A stretch of DNA of 60,000 nt from Callorhinchus milii (GCF_018977255.1 NW_024704742.1:36396001-36456000); one strand, 5' to 3'. Shown: positions 1 to 13,492, counted from the stretch's first letter. The notes: generated from the letters alone by a model not told the origin. A program made the numbers and translations.

Positions 1-819
1 GTGATGATATATCAGGAGTTTACCATAATTAATTCATGCTGTGATTACAGAAATCTGATTGCTGAATCCTAAGTTGCTGAAATACTTCATGAAGCCCAGA
101 ATCGTGTGAAATCAGCAAAACTTTCAAAGATAGCTGATACTTTCAAAAACAACAACTTGCAGTTGTATAGCGCACTTCATGCGGGGTAGTGTATCGGAGT
201 GCTTTCCAACCAGTACCTTATGCAATATGGTGAAGAGATCCTGAACAAAGGATAATGATCTCAAATTTAGAGGGGCAAGGGTGAAATTTATATAGTATCT
301 TTCACATCAGGAGGATGTGCCAAAGTGCTTTCCAGCGCCTTGGGACGTCCTCCTGACCTGAAAGGCGCTTTACAAATGTAGTATTGTTGTTCTTGTTGTT
401 TAAATCCTCAGCAGACACCTTCTACTTTACACAGAGGCGGCAAACATGTGGCAAGGCTTGTCTGGGAAGGCAGTTTATGAGGGCATTTGATACATTTTTG
501 ACATCAAAGAGGATTAGGGGATATGTGAGATGGGAGAATGGTATTTAAAAATAGAACAAACCAAAGTGTAGTACTGCTTTATTTGAAACAGGGGGTGAAT
601 TAATTTGAGTTCTTTTTAAAATTCGGGAGGTCCAATTGACTGCCCACCAACTTTTTAGGGACCATTTAGCAATTGTAATGTTGTTAAAAACTAGGTCACC
701 CGACAGGTGTTTAATATTTAAAGACTTGCTTCAGTTCAGTCTCCAGCCAATGCAACTAAGCAAGAATAAATCAGCCTTCCCGCTTTTAACTGTTTTGCGG
801 CCGGAAGAGGTATCACTCA

Positions 820-1155
<336 letters not shown>

Positions 1156-1234
1156 TTAGAGAGTGGTTAGCCAAATCTTTGGGGTTGTTTATATGTCGCC
1201 AGACAAGATTGGAAAGCAGAGAGAGAAGGGATGA

Positions 1235-1455
1235 GGTGGATGGCTTCTGGGGGAAGAGTTCCAGAGAAAGGGGCAAAGAGGCTGAAGGCTCACACACCAA
1301 CGGAGCGGTGGAGTGGGCCTGGGGTAATGAAGCCAGCTGGAGGTGCTGGAGTGGAGGGAATGTGGGTCCTACGAGATTGAAGCGTTAGGGTGGGGCAAGG
1401 TTGGGGAGGCATTTGAAGACAAGGACAAGGGGCTTAAAGGTGATGCACTGGGGGA
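1235..1455 (-). mobile_element. L2 LINE fragment
   Basis: Purine-rich plus strand resembling the other antisense L2 3' pieces (GGCTGAAGGC, TTTGAAGACAAGGACAAG). Confidence 0.5.
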
Positions 1456-1711
1456 AACATAAGAAACTCCATCCAGTACCAAGATGAAAACTTATTCAAT
1501 CATGTTTCTGTTATTGTCATTGGGGAACCAGAGTTGGAATACATCATTTGGATGAAATGTTAAACTGAGATCCGTCTGCTTGTTCACGTGGACTTCAAAC
1601 ATCAAGGACATTATGTTGAGGAGCAGGACATTATCCTTGGAACCTGGATAACATTATATTTCAAGGACATCTTAAAACTCTTTGCAGGATTTACTACATA
1701 TTGCCATATTT

Positions 1712-2020
1712 CTACTGGTCAGTGAGACAATGAGTAGAGGGCATCAATTTAAGACAGGTAGAAAAGGGAGCAAAGGGGAGATTACGACGATTTCTTTTAC
1801 ACTGAGAGTTGTTAGTATATGGAATGCCCTGTTGGGTGCAGTGGTCAAAGAAGGATCCACATTAGCTTTTAAGCAGGAACTAGATTGATATCTAGAAAGG
1901 ATTAATCTCAAGAGGTATGAGGGAAAAACAGGAAAATGAGATTGAATAGATGCTGTCTCAAAGAACAAGCACAGACACAATGGGCCGAATTATCTTCTGT
2001 GCTGTGAACTTCTACAGTTC
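1712..2020 (+). mobile_element. CR1-clade LINE 3' end
   Basis: SRGHQFK...FTLRVVSIWNAL...FKQELD and TGGGCCGAAT..CTTCTGTGCTGT tail. Confidence 0.7.
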
Positions 2021-2262
2021 TCCACGGTGACAACAAAGTTGTGATACCATTACAATTAATAAGTCTTAAAGAAATTATGTTATATACATTTGTATAGATA
2101 ACAAGGTAGTTATCATGACGTTTTGATGACCCTGTACATCTTCCATAGGGAAATCCAGCATTTAACATGAATACAGCCTAACAAACATAACATACTTTGA
2201 ACTCTAAAAAGATTACAATAAGCAATAAACTAACTTGACTGTCAAAAAAGCACTGCTAGTAC

Positions 2263-2354
2263 CTCACGATGAACTCTGATGAACTCCCTCGGGTCCCCTT
2301 TAGCCCACGGTGGTAGTAACACGTCTCCCAACTTAATACCATTCTGTTTATTAC
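2263..2354 (-). CDS. WDFY3: WDFY3 exon (92 nt), BEACH, GNKQNGIKLGDVLLPPWAKGDPREFIRVHRE
   Basis: Within ORF 2242..2424; acceptor CCCTCAG, donor GTACTA. Confidence 0.96.
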
Positions 2355-2868
2355 CTGAGGGCAGAAGATAGCAGTATGCAATGTCACAGAAGTCCATTCT
2401 CACACTTTTCAGCCGGTTAGACATTAAAATCTAATCTTACAATAGTTGTGTCTTCCCAAACATGCCTTACAGACTTCTGCTCTGGGACAGACTGAAAAAT
2501 GTGGAAAAATCAAAATCCCACTGAAAGCATGTTACAGTCTATTTTGAAACTAGACAGATTTATTTTTCCAATAGAAGAATCAAAAAGATCTCAGATAAAC
2601 CAGAAATGCTGTAAATTCACAGTGGATCAATCAGAATCCGAATGAGAAAAATAGGTTAATATTTAGGGCACGACGGTTCAAATATTTCATGCCCATAACT
2701 TGCAGTGGATTTACAGCATTTCGGTATTTTTTTAACAATTTCAGTTTTTTTTTAAACTTCCAGTTTTGCTGCAGTTTTACAACAACAACTTGCATTTATA
2801 TAGAGCTCTCCACACTGGGTAGAGTCCCGGAGCGCAGTTTTAGCATGCAATTAATGTACCGAATTTCA

Positions 2869-3141
<273 letters not shown>

Positions 3142-3399
3142 TTACTCCCCGAGTTCTGAAGCTAGATGGTGTACTATCTTGAAAAGCAGAAATTTACAGA
3201 ATGGTGCAGCTACGTTTTACAGGAGTGTGCATTCCATTCCAAACATGGTAATTTCCTTGTCTAGGCGGCATGCGTGGACTTCTGTTTGATTCGAATACTC
3301 TTGCGTATTGGACCTCTGTTTAATTCGAATACTCTTGCATATGGTGGTGGGTTTCTGCAGATGTCAACACAGCCGGCTGAACAAAAATAGTCCCGTTAC

Positions 3400-3506
3400 C
3401 TGAAGTCGGAGAAAGATTTGAGTGAAGGGCTCCATTCTTACTAAGTAAGAAGCTACAATCATGGCGGAAGAATAGTGTGTTCCATAATGATATGCTGGTG
3501 TTTCAC
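3400..3506 (-). CDS. WDFY3: WDFY3 exon (107 nt), [41 protein letters not shown]
   Basis: Within ORF 3364..3612; acceptor TATCTAG, donor GTAACG. Confidence 0.96.
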
Positions 3507-3853
3507 CTAGATATAATTGACACAGACAGACATTACCCAGAATCAAATAATGGAAATTAACAACAAATATTAAAAGATAAATGGTACCCAAAATAACACT
3601 GATATGAATCAAATTTATATAGAACTAGCATTCGGTGTTTAAAAAAGGATTGTTCTTTCATTAATAGTGCTATCTGAATATTATTTTTCCAAAATCCAAC
3701 AAGTAGACAAAAAAAATGACCGAAACAGGTCAGAAAAACAATTACATACAAATATATACAGAGATATACGCACAAAAATTCACTTATTTTAAAACATCAA
3801 CTTTTTTGCAAATATAGTATTGCTATTTTAACTACTTTTGTAAATTCTTTTAC

Positions 3854-3971
3854 CATTAGGATCCTCCCAGTCTTTATATCGTTTCTTATACTGAGCTAAT
3901 CTCTCTTCAGTCTGAGCTCCCATCGGTTTTGCCAGGTTCCTAAATGTTTGGGGATTAGTGAGATCAAGTTC
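3854..3971 (-). CDS. WDFY3: WDFY3 exon (118 nt), BEACH, ELDLTNPQTFRNLAKPMGAQTEERLAQYKKRYKDWEDPN
   Basis: Acceptor ACTGTAG, donor GTAAAA; not in the ORF track. Confidence 0.95.
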
Positions 3972-4066
3972 CTACAGTAGGGAAAGGAAATATTCTTAAG
4001 TATAAACTGGGACTGGGAATAAATAAAATCAGAAGTAAAATATCTGTTTTGATGTTTTAAACATTA

Positions 4067-4381
<315 letters not shown>

Positions 4382-4549
4382 CTAGCAAACAAGTGTAAAT
4401 CATTGCTCAAAAATGGACTGATCAACAAATTATAGCAACTGCCAGAAGTGAGATATAGATCATATTCATTGGGTCCCTCATCATATCCTCATATCATACT
4501 TTAGGTAAGTAACTAAGTAAGTAAGTGGACGTTGAGTGGCTGTTTCCAC

Positions 4550-4815
4550 TTTCTGTTTGAGGGTCCAAAACGAAGAGGCATAAATTTAAGATAGTCAGTA
4601 GTACCTCTAAACCAGAGTTTAGAAGAAACGTCTTTACGCAGAGGGTGGTGAGAATGTGGAACTTACTGCCGTAAACTGTGATTGAAGCAAAAAGCATCAA
4701 TGTAATTAAAAGGAAATTTGATGTGTACATGAGAGAGAAAAGAAGAGTATAGAAGAGGGAAATAGGAGGTGTGTAGCCTTGAGTGGAATATAACCATGGC
4801 ATGGACTAAATTGAG
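4550..4815 (+). mobile_element. CR1 LINE 3' fragment
   Basis: TTTACGCAGAGGGTGGTGAGAATGTGGAAC (FTQRVVRMWN). Confidence 0.65.
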
Positions 4816-4997
4816 TGGCGGACTACAGAATAATTCTGGTGCTGAAAAAATGCAATTTTTTCTTCTTCATATCAATTGGTCCCATTTGTGGCATCTTCAT
4901 GAAATATGAAAACCTCCTCATTATTGCTGTAAATCTCTTTTTTCATAAATCACTTTCAAATGATTTTTCTCACCATCATTTTTTATTTTTTCCTTAC

Positions 4998-5052
4998 CTC
5001 CCATCTTTGTGTTACAGACCTTTCTCCAACCAAAGTGCTAAGTAAGCCAGAT
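4998..5052 (-). CDS. WDFY3: WDFY3 exon (55 nt), BEACH domain start, SGLLSTLVGERSVTQRWE
   Basis: Acceptor TTCCCAG, donor GTAAGG. Confidence 0.92.
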
Positions 5053-5271
5053 CTGGGAATGGAAAGAAATGACTATTAATACTCTACACTTAACAGATTT
5101 AAAAAAACACATGCAAACCAAAAAGATATCCTAGACAAAACTCCTTTAATCCACACAAATCTAAAATTACTTTCATTTCTGTGAAAAATATGAATTTACT
5201 GAAAAACATTTATTTAGTATTTTTATTATTAGCTTATGATAATTTTATTATTATTATTTATTTAAAAGGAA

Positions 5272-5500
5272 GTGGCTTGGTAGGTATGGTTTAAGAAGCC
5301 CGCACAGGTATGGTGGGGTGAGACCGTGGAGGGATTTGAAAGTGAGGATGAGGATCTTGAACTCGATCTTGAACTTTGGGGGAAAGTAGCCAATGGAGCC
5401 AGACAAGGATGGAGGTGATAGGCTCGCAGAACCTATGTGGGAAAATACATGAGCTGCAGTTTCTGGATTGTCTGCAGCTTTTGTAGAGAACGGGTAAGTA
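5272..5500 (-). mobile_element. L2 LINE fragment
   Basis: IEFKILILTFKSLHGLTPPYL. Confidence 0.7.
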
Positions 5501-5933
5501 GTCTGGCAAGCAGAGCACTGGCGTAGTGTTGGAAGAATTTTAAATAAATGTAAAATAGACATAAAGATACTTTATAACGACTATCTTTTTGCCATGTCGG
5601 ATCCCTTTTACAGAATGCTACCACACCTCCAGAAATAACCATCAAGTTAAAGAATCCCGTCTGTACCATCACATCAGCACCTTTGGACATTCTATACTTA
5701 TTGAGGAAAATCAGGCAAAATAACTTTAGTGGCTTTCTGAAACAGGGCCAAGGTTTTGTTTCAATTTCTGATCAGAATCCATGTTGTGGGCTTGTACAAT
5801 AAATATGCATCAGTAAGACATGTGCAAAAACAATTCTATTGCATTAACTTACACCATTTCAAAAACAAACAAGGAATGAAGGCCTGTGGAAGCCCTAGGA
5901 TACAATAATGAACTTTAGGCCTGCTTTACTTAC

Positions 5934-6014
5934 CCTTGTTCCACACTTGTATTGGGCCTTTGACCAGACACAGACTCAGAACTGTCAGTCAATGAGGGGA
6001 CCACAGCCAAAAAT
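5934..6014 (-). CDS. WDFY3: WDFY3 exon (81 nt) FLAVVPSLTDSSESVSGQRPNTSVEQ
   Basis: Acceptor ATTTCAG, donor GTAAGT. Confidence 0.94.
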
Positions 6015-6595
6015 CTGAAATGCATAATTTAGTAAATTATAGTCACTATTTTGCAACATTTCCCCTTATCCAAGAACTATTAAACCTTTGGGTTTTATTA
6101 GTCACAAAATAATCAGTAGTTAAAGACAGATAAAGAATAGATGCCTTCAATAAGAAACCAGACTTTCAGGTGAGGAAAGGGGGATTTTGGAAGGTATGAA
6201 CGGGAGTAAGGAATGGGACAAGGCTTATGTGAATTCCATCGGCACGGACAGATTGAGCTAAGTGGCCTGTTTCCGTGCTGTACTGTCTTTGTAAATCTTT
6301 GCAGAATTAAGATTTTTTTCTGCAGCTTTACAGTAAAATTTGGGGCTAAACAAAAAACATTTGAGGGTGTGAGGAAACATAAGATCTGGAAATATACAGA
6401 ACTGGTTATCCCAGTGAAGGGGAAGTCTTTCAAGACTAGTTGGCAGTAGAAGGGTAAAATCCTAAGATATCTTCTTGCCTTTGGTTCCAGATTTTACAAA
6501 TTTTTCTCCAATTTTAAACGGGTTCATGGTTTGAACCCTCACCAATGATGCATTTAATTGCAGACAAAGGAACAGAAATATATATATTTTTTTAC

Positions 6596-6681
6596 CTTTG
6601 ATACACTTTATTGCGGACCCCTTTTTGGAAAGCCAAGAGATAATTCCGCCCATCGCCAGAAAAAACCTCAACTGCAATAGG
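6596..6681 (-). CDS. WDFY3: WDFY3 exon (86 nt), PH domain, PIAVEVFSGDGRNYLLAFQKGVRNKVYQ
   Basis: Acceptor CTTCCAG, donor GTAAAA. Confidence 0.94.
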
Positions 6682-6789
6682 CTGGAAGAGATCATTCGTA
6701 AAGGAATAACATTTTTAGCAAAGGAGATGTAAATAATTAATATTTCTATATATACATTAGAGAAAGATTGTCTACAATATGATCCCAAC

Positions 6790-6910
6790 CTGCAGCAGAT
6801 AGCGTCTCTTGTGTACTTCTTTGATATCCTCGTATGCAAATTTGCTGCAAGTCCTCTTCAGCTGACTCTGTCCTTGCCGCGCTCCTCTGGGAATAATGGG
6901 TTCATGCATG
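6790..6910 (-). CDS. WDFY3: WDFY3 exon (121 nt), PH domain, MHEPIIPRGARQGQSQLKRTCSKFAYEDIKEVHKRRYLLQ
   Basis: Acceptor TTTTGCAG, donor GTTGGG. Confidence 0.94.
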
Positions 6911-7049
6911 CTGCAAAAACATCCGGAGAAATTCAGATATGTATCCAATTAGAACAGCACAATATACTTTGTCTCAGTCCGGAACGGATGAATTTCACCA
7001 TGTAGGTACTCGCAAGCAGTACCCACATAAAGTAATAAGCGTTGGATAT

Positions 7050-7481
7050 ATTATGATGATAATAATACTTGCATTTGATTTAATGCTTTATCAAGTCGTT
7101 GAGACGTCTCAAAGCGCTTCACAGAATATACTATAAAGTGGAGTGACTGAATATTTTGTGGGCAAAACCTGGCAAATGGTTATGGATTTTTTTTTACTGG
7201 TCTGGGCTCAAACTATATTTTTTTGGCTCATCTTTTTTTTGGAGGGATTATTACCCCCGGAAAGCAATCCGCCAATTGAATAGCAACCGGGTTCCTACTT
7301 ACTGCTAGGTAAACAGAGGTGTGTGGAGTAAGGAAACTTGCCTAAGATCTAATGTGGTCAATATTTCACCCACAAAATACACAGTCTACCTACTTTACAG
7401 TATATTCTGTGAAGTGCTTTGAGACGTCTTACGATGTAATAAGGCTCTAAATCAAAGGCAAGGATTATTATTATTATTATT
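7050..7481. mobile_element. Two degenerate SINE fragments in opposite orientation (minus tail ~7050-7170, plus body/tail ~7230-7481)
   Basis: Shared AAGCGCTTTGAGACGTCT-type tail motifs and ATT repeats. Confidence 0.65.
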
Positions 7482-7513
7482 TACTGCAGCGAAATTTAAA
7501 AAGGCACACTCAC

Positions 7514-7662
7514 TTTGGGGGCAATGTCTCAATGTCACGGATCTCCCTGGTGGCAGTCATTGTGAAACCATCAATCACATAGAAATGCTCTTTGCCAAAC
7601 AGAAGGAGCCCCTCACTGGTGTCAAGTCCTTGTACTCTGGCACATCTGTACATGTGCTGAAT
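7514..7662 (-). CDS. WDFY3: WDFY3 exon (149 nt), BEACH-type PH domain start, IQHMYRCARVQGLDTSEGLLLFGKEHFYVIDGF...ETLPP
   Basis: Acceptor TTTATAG, donor GTGAGT. Confidence 0.95.
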
Positions 7663-8134
7663 CTATAAACGCACAAGACATTTATTGATTTGACAGGACA
7701 AAATATACAGGGTTTTCACATGCTTATAATAAATTTACTTTAAAATAGTAACTAATAAAATTGGTTTCATTTTACACAGCTTGAAATGTCACCATGTTAA
7801 ATGATGCACATTAAAAAGTGACATTCCACACAAACAACCTTGTCAGAAGATTTCACATTTGACAGAATTGAAAGACCTGAGTATGGCATTTTAATCTCCA
7901 GTGACTGGAATTAAAATACCAACAAATGATGAAACCTCACTACTGGGGCTGGCAGATGTGATCACATCCCTATGGCTCTGAGCTGGGTTCTGTTGCTAAT
8001 AAGTATTTTTTATTTCTGGTTCAAATGGTCCAGGTAGGAATTTTCATGGGAACAGAGAAAGATGAGGGGAAACATGATGGAGTTCTTTAAAAATGAGTGG
8101 ATAATGAGAAATTATTTCCTCAGGTCAGTGCGTC

Positions 8135-8400
8135 AAGGCAGTGTACCAAAGGGCATCAAATTAAGATAATTATCAAGGGAGCAAAGGGGGAAATTAGGAT
8201 TTTTTTTATGGTTGTTAGGATGCGGAATGCTATGCCAATGCGGTGGTTACGACACCGTCTATATTAACTTCCGAGAGGGAAATCTAAAAAGGAGTAGTTT
8301 ACAAGGTTATGGAGGTAAGGCAAGTAAATGGGACTGATTCAGAAAGCCAACACAGACGTGATCAGTTAAATGATCTGTGTTGTAAATTTTTATGGTTCTT
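8135..8400 (+). mobile_element. CR1 LINE 3' fragment, degenerate
   Basis: Similar to the 1712-2020 copy. Confidence 0.55.
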
Positions 8401-10768
8401 TAGATGTGGCTATTCCTTGAAATACATAGTAAAGTAAATTTAAAGGGGAAATGAAGTGTACTAAATTGCCTTCTGTGTTAAATGGAGATAAGAGATGTAA
8501 AAATATTGCAAAACAGCTTAAATGTGATTAAAGGATTAATACAAAGGTCAGAGTCATTCTCACTCATAGGTTATTGGAGCCAGCTTGACTCTGAGCCACT
8601 TGAGTCTAAATACAGTGCTGTCATTAGGAGATACAACAGGGTACTTTATTTAGTAATGAACATTCGTACGATTTGGGGTAAAAAAGGCTAGCATTTAATT
8701 GCAATTGCAACATAATACGAGATAATGAAAATTCTGGTCACAAGACAGTTTATTCTGGTGTAAAACTTCCAGTTATCACCAGGTATCGGTTTACAACATT
8801 GTACTCTGATCCTACACAGGTAAGGTGGAGTAAACCAAGCCAACAGGCCTCATTCAGTTGGTTAGCAGTAAAATATATGAACATGAAAGATAGAAATTAG
8901 CAGCAGAACCAAGGGCTGCACACTTGCTTATAAAGACAGGGGGAGGGAAAAAAAACACTGGTAGATTGCACTCAATGAAAATAGATGGTGGTAGTGGGGG
9001 TCGGGACAGGATAGGGGTATTTAAAGATGCAACACAATTTAAAGTTTTTGAGGGAATGTATAACCCATTTGAGCTTTGTCCTAGTGAGGTTATCAGATCA
9101 CTTGATTGTGTTACAACCCTGTAACCATTCTTAGTTATCTATTAAAACATTATAGGTTTGCTTTGAGAAAGGTTTTACTTTGAGCAAGAGCAATGTTATT
9201 TTTTAAATCTCTTTCCTCCAAATGCTTACTTCAAATATTTCTCTCTCTCTTGAAACATCTCAATTGATAGCCTTTGGATTGGATTACACATTTTTACAAT
9301 CCTTTGTATCAATAAATTGTTTTCTAGATTCATTTTTAACCCTCTTTGCTCCATGTTTATCATTGTCCCCATGTTGAGAATTCTGCTTCTAGAGGTAAAA
9401 AGTATTCCCAATCTGTCTAGTAAATTCCCTTTATTATTTTAAAGACTTCAACTAGAACACCCTTAACTTTCTCAGTTGAGGGAATATTATTCAACTTTAT
9501 CCAATTTATCTGTATTGTTTTTACTTCTCCAACCAGCCCTTTGATGCATTGAATTTCCCTGTGTCAATTGTGAACTTTATATAAAAATATATAAACAACA
9601 AAATTGGGCATTTCAAAAGCACAAGTTGAAAGGAGGAATGTTACATTATACAAATAATTTATTAGCAGGGGAAAAAAAGCTTTCGTCCTAGACATTAATT
9701 ATTTGGAACAAAATAGAGACTCTTATCATTGAGAAAGCTGGACCCTCTAATGAGGGAGAAAGGAATAGGCGGCTATGTCAGGAAGTAAGGAATGGGTGGA
9801 GACATGTGTGGAATATAAACATGGGCACGGGTTGGTTGGGCCGAGTGGCCTGTTTCCGCGCTGTACATTCTTTGTAAATCTTTGTAAATTCTTTAAATCT
9901 GCAAAATAACCCCACATACTGTTTCTAGTCTGGTGGCAACAATGGTCTCCCTCTCAGGAGGGGAGTAAGTGAGGTTTCCTTGGAGTTGAAATGGTCGGAG
10001 CTGAGCCGACTCTCTGTGGCGGTCTCACTAGTCTGGTTTCTGCGCCAGGCAGGTCAGCAGTACTCTAGCGTGATCAACCAGCTTAGCAAATTGGCAGCAT
10101 TTGGAGGGGCAGAATGATCATTGGGGGCAGAGATTCTTCCCACTTAGCTTCCCACTGACTCTGCAAGCCAAAGCCCTAGGGATAGGTGATCCTTGCTGGA
10201 CAAGCCACAGGAAGCTTTCAAGCTATGCGATTTTAGCTGGTTAGACTTTCGCAGTTCCCCAATGCACTCTGGAGGACTGGTATCACAAAACAAGTATTAC
10301 TAGAACACTCAGAAAATAGCAGGACATAATGGCTCCTGTGCTTTAGGTGGTGATTTTTTTATTAAAGTACAAGAGTCCAAGGTCAAACGGTGACAATTGG
10401 TTATTATTCAGAAGCCTTTGAAGAATGGGCCGTGTGTTTTGCACAACTTTCCCTCAGAAGATCAAACGATGGGTTAAAGCCCATGATAAGTACATAGCCT
10501 GTGGGGAAATAGTGGCCTGTTGAACTTAAACCAGTCTTTACTTGGTACACACTATCTTGCTCATTTCCTGCATGTGAGCACAGATACCATCAGGGTGGAG
10601 TTACACTCATTTGGTTTAGAAAGCTTGAAACCTTCAATTTATTTTAAGTGCCCAATCCTCCGCTGTTTGATAATTTCCCCCTCAGTATTTTGAGTTTGGT
10701 TTCAAGATATTCAACAACACTACCTCATCTGTTGTGTACAGGCCAGGACAGTAGTAGGGGAAAGTTAC

Positions 10769-10932
10769 CTTTTCTCCTTCCTCTAATAACCGTAGCAGAG
10801 TTTGGTTGTCAGTCTTCTCTTCTTCGTCCATCGAGTTTCCCTCAGAGATCTGGTCAAGGAAAGGTTCGGTGTTGTCGTCATCTCCACCGTCGGGAGCAGA
10901 ACGGGAACGTTTCAGAGGTGGCTTCACAATTC
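10769..10932 (-). CDS. WDFY3: WDFY3 exon (164 nt) GIVKPPLKRSRSAPDGGD...TLLRLLEEGEK
   Basis: Within ORF 10682..10957; acceptor TCTTTAG, donor GTAACT. Confidence 0.95.
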
Positions 10933-11269
10933 CTAAAGAATTACACTTCATGTTCATTTACACGTTGAAAGAAAACCATAGTCTGGAGGCAAACTGTAAA
11001 CTATTTCAGTATATCCATAATGTGAGTTTGAATGTCATTTGTAGTTGGAGGGTACAGTAAACTGTGCAACCGATAAGTGATTAGTTACAAGTAGACCATG
11101 GTAACAGTTGAAAATTTCAGGTCCGAATAACAATATTGATTATATCCTTTGTGCAGAGTTATTGGTAATACTGAAAGTCCATTAAAAGGAAACTTTTATT
11201 ACATTTCTTCAATAACTTTCATAGCCTCCTTCAAGACCTCCCTGGCCAATTTTCTGAATTGTCAGCAGA

Positions 11270-11836
11270 GGTGTGTAACAAAGGTGTGTGTGTGTGTGTG
11301 CATCTCATCCCAGTGTGTGTGTGCACAACTGACCCCCAGTGAGTGTGTATGTGTGTGCAACTCACCCCCAGTGAGTGTGTGTGTGGGTGTGTGCAACTCA
11401 TCCCGATAGTGAGTGTGTATGTGTAATTCACTCCCAATGTGTGTGTGTGTAACTCAAGCCCAGCGAGTGTGTGTGTGTGTGCAACTCATCCCCAGTGTGT
11501 GTGTGTGTGTGTGTGTGTAACACACCCCCAGTGAGTGGTGTGTGTGTGTGTAACATACCCTCAGTGGGTGGTGTGTGTGTAACGCACCCCCAGTAGGTGG
11601 TGTGTGTGTGTGTGTAACGCACCCCCAGTGGGTGGTGTGTGTGTGTGTAATGCACCCGCAGTGGGTGGTGTGTGTGTGTGTAACGCACCCCCAGTGGGTG
11701 GTGTGTGTGTGTGTAACGCACCCCCAGTAGGTGGTGTGTGTGTGTGTGTAACACACCCCCAGTGGGTGGTGTGTGTGTGTGTAATGCACCCGCAGTGGGT
11801 GGTGTGTGTGTGTGTGTAACGCACCCCCAGTGGGTG

Positions 11837-11867
<31 letters not shown>

Positions 11868-11890
11868 GCACCCCCAGTGGGTGGTTTGTG
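11270..11890. repeat. Compound minisatellite: AACGCACCCCCAGTGGGTG core separated by variable (GT)n
   Basis: Direct reading; accounts for the HT/CV-rich spurious ORFs. Confidence 0.95.
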
Positions 11891-12213
11891 TACCCCTGGC
11901 TCAGGAGTGGGTCTGACCTTTACCCATTTTTATTGAGCTCTCAGCATCTCTCCTTGACTATTTCTGTTCAGTCGATTAAAGTGCCATAGTTGCATAATAT
12001 AAATAACTGAAGCAATTCAGGCTTTAGAGATGCCTTAATAATAACTATTAACTGCTGGAGATTTACCTTTCATGTTTACAGTGATACCAAACCTTTTTTT
12101 CCCTTCAATTAAACTGAAAATTGATATCTCAGGACACTCTTGATCTGAAATTAACTATTTGTTGAGTATTTTTATAAATGTACAGTATTTATAAGAAGAA
12201 ATATGGTTATGAC

Positions 12214-12382
12214 CTTTGACTCTTGCAATGGTGTCTTCGCCATGCTCTAGCTCATGCTGAGTGGCTTCACCCTCTGAACTCTCTTCGATTGTATCCGGAT
12301 ACACAGTTGGGTTTCCAGCAGACAGTCGTATATAATATTCTTTACTATCGTAGCTTATAGCTCTACGGTAGCGAGCAGGTTT
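12214..12382 (-). CDS. WDFY3: WDFY3 exon (169 nt) KPARYRRAISYDSKEYYIRLSAGNP...EDTIARVK
   Basis: Within ORF 12155..12406; acceptor GTTACAG, donor GTCATA. Confidence 0.94.
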
Positions 12383-13426
12383 CTGTAACAGCAACAAACA
12401 TTGCAATTTATTTTTAAAGGCATAGATTACTTTTAATCAGGTCGCCACATTCATAGCAAGTGAATAATACCTGTATTTGCCACTAGTGTCTCATCACGTT
12501 TAACAGGCTCAAAGCGCCTCGCTCATTTAACTGCTCTGAAGTGCAGTGACTGTTTTGTAGGTAAACAAAGAAGATCATCTACACAAACAATCTCCCAGAA
12601 ACAGCAATGTGATGGAAGACTGACTCCGTGTTCTAGGTTAACTTGGATGAAGGAAAGAAAATCAGCTAGGACATGATCAGTAATTTGAAATAATGTTGTT
12701 GGATCTTTAATGCCTCATCCAAAGAATAGCATCTCCAATAACGCAGCACTGCCTGAACACTATTCTGAAGTTACGAGTGTAATTTTCAGATTGAGGCTTG
12801 AAGCCAGAAAGCTTGAAGAACTTTCTGACCCAGACAAAAATGCTATCAACAGAGCCAAACTGGATTCAATGATAACCAGCTTTCAAAATAACGATTAAAT
12901 ATCGTAAATATACTGAAGATTTCTCTTGTAATATGACTTGGTACTTTTTTTAAAAATGACATTATAATGAACCACATAGTAAAACAATACTTAAAAAACA
13001 AAGAACAGTTTAATATATGTATATACTTTATACATAAAGCTGTTTTCATTTTGGGGGGGGGGGTCAGGGATAAGAAGGAAGAGCAAAGGAATCACATTGT
13101 GTTGTTCTGATTCTTATTTGGTGACAACATGTTTCAGATCACACAGGACACAATATTAGCAATGATGTTATTTCAAGTGCTCGGGTGAGACTCCAGCCCA
13201 AGAAAGCCTGTTAGTGCACAGTGTAAAACAATCTGTAGAAATCGCTCCCAGTGACAAGTGTAAAGTACTAAATAAATCCAGCTGTGAAGAGTGAATATCT
13301 TGTAACTCGATAGGGTGCATGAAAAGCAATTGTAGAGCTGTTTTGCAATGCCCACCATGCAGGTTACATTAAGGGGTAGAGCGACCACTGCTTTTTGCTG
13401 GGGGGAAGGGAAAGTGTTCCTGTTAC

Positions 13427-13492
13427 CTTCTCGCAAACCATACTGTCACCGTCAAACCAAGGCACCTCGGGCAGTTTACTAGCGGTGATAGA
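13427..13492 (-). CDS. WDFY3: Probable alternative (cassette) WDFY3 exon (66 nt) SITASKLPEVPWFDGDSMVCEK
   Basis: Acceptor TTGTTTAG, donor AAG/GTAACA, phase 0-0, open frame; resembles the mammalian SEIPSKQPETP...QK segment recalled at this position. Confidence 0.7.

Noticed and set aside
3281..3341. 33-bp-period tandem duplication (TCTGTTT.ATTCGAATACTCTTGC.TAT x2)
   Set aside because: Only two copies; ordinary local slippage.
5433..5690. Minus-strand ORF MSKGADVMVQTGFFNLMVISGG... as an extra WDFY3 exon
   Set aside because: The flanking exons (5934 and 5052) already join in phase to a continuous WDFY3 sequence, and the peptide is unrecognisable.
11149..11871. His/Thr- and Cys/Val-rich ORFs; CRISPR-like periodicity
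   Set aside because: Translations of a (GT)n-based minisatellite; spacers are not unique, no cas genes, eukaryotic intron.
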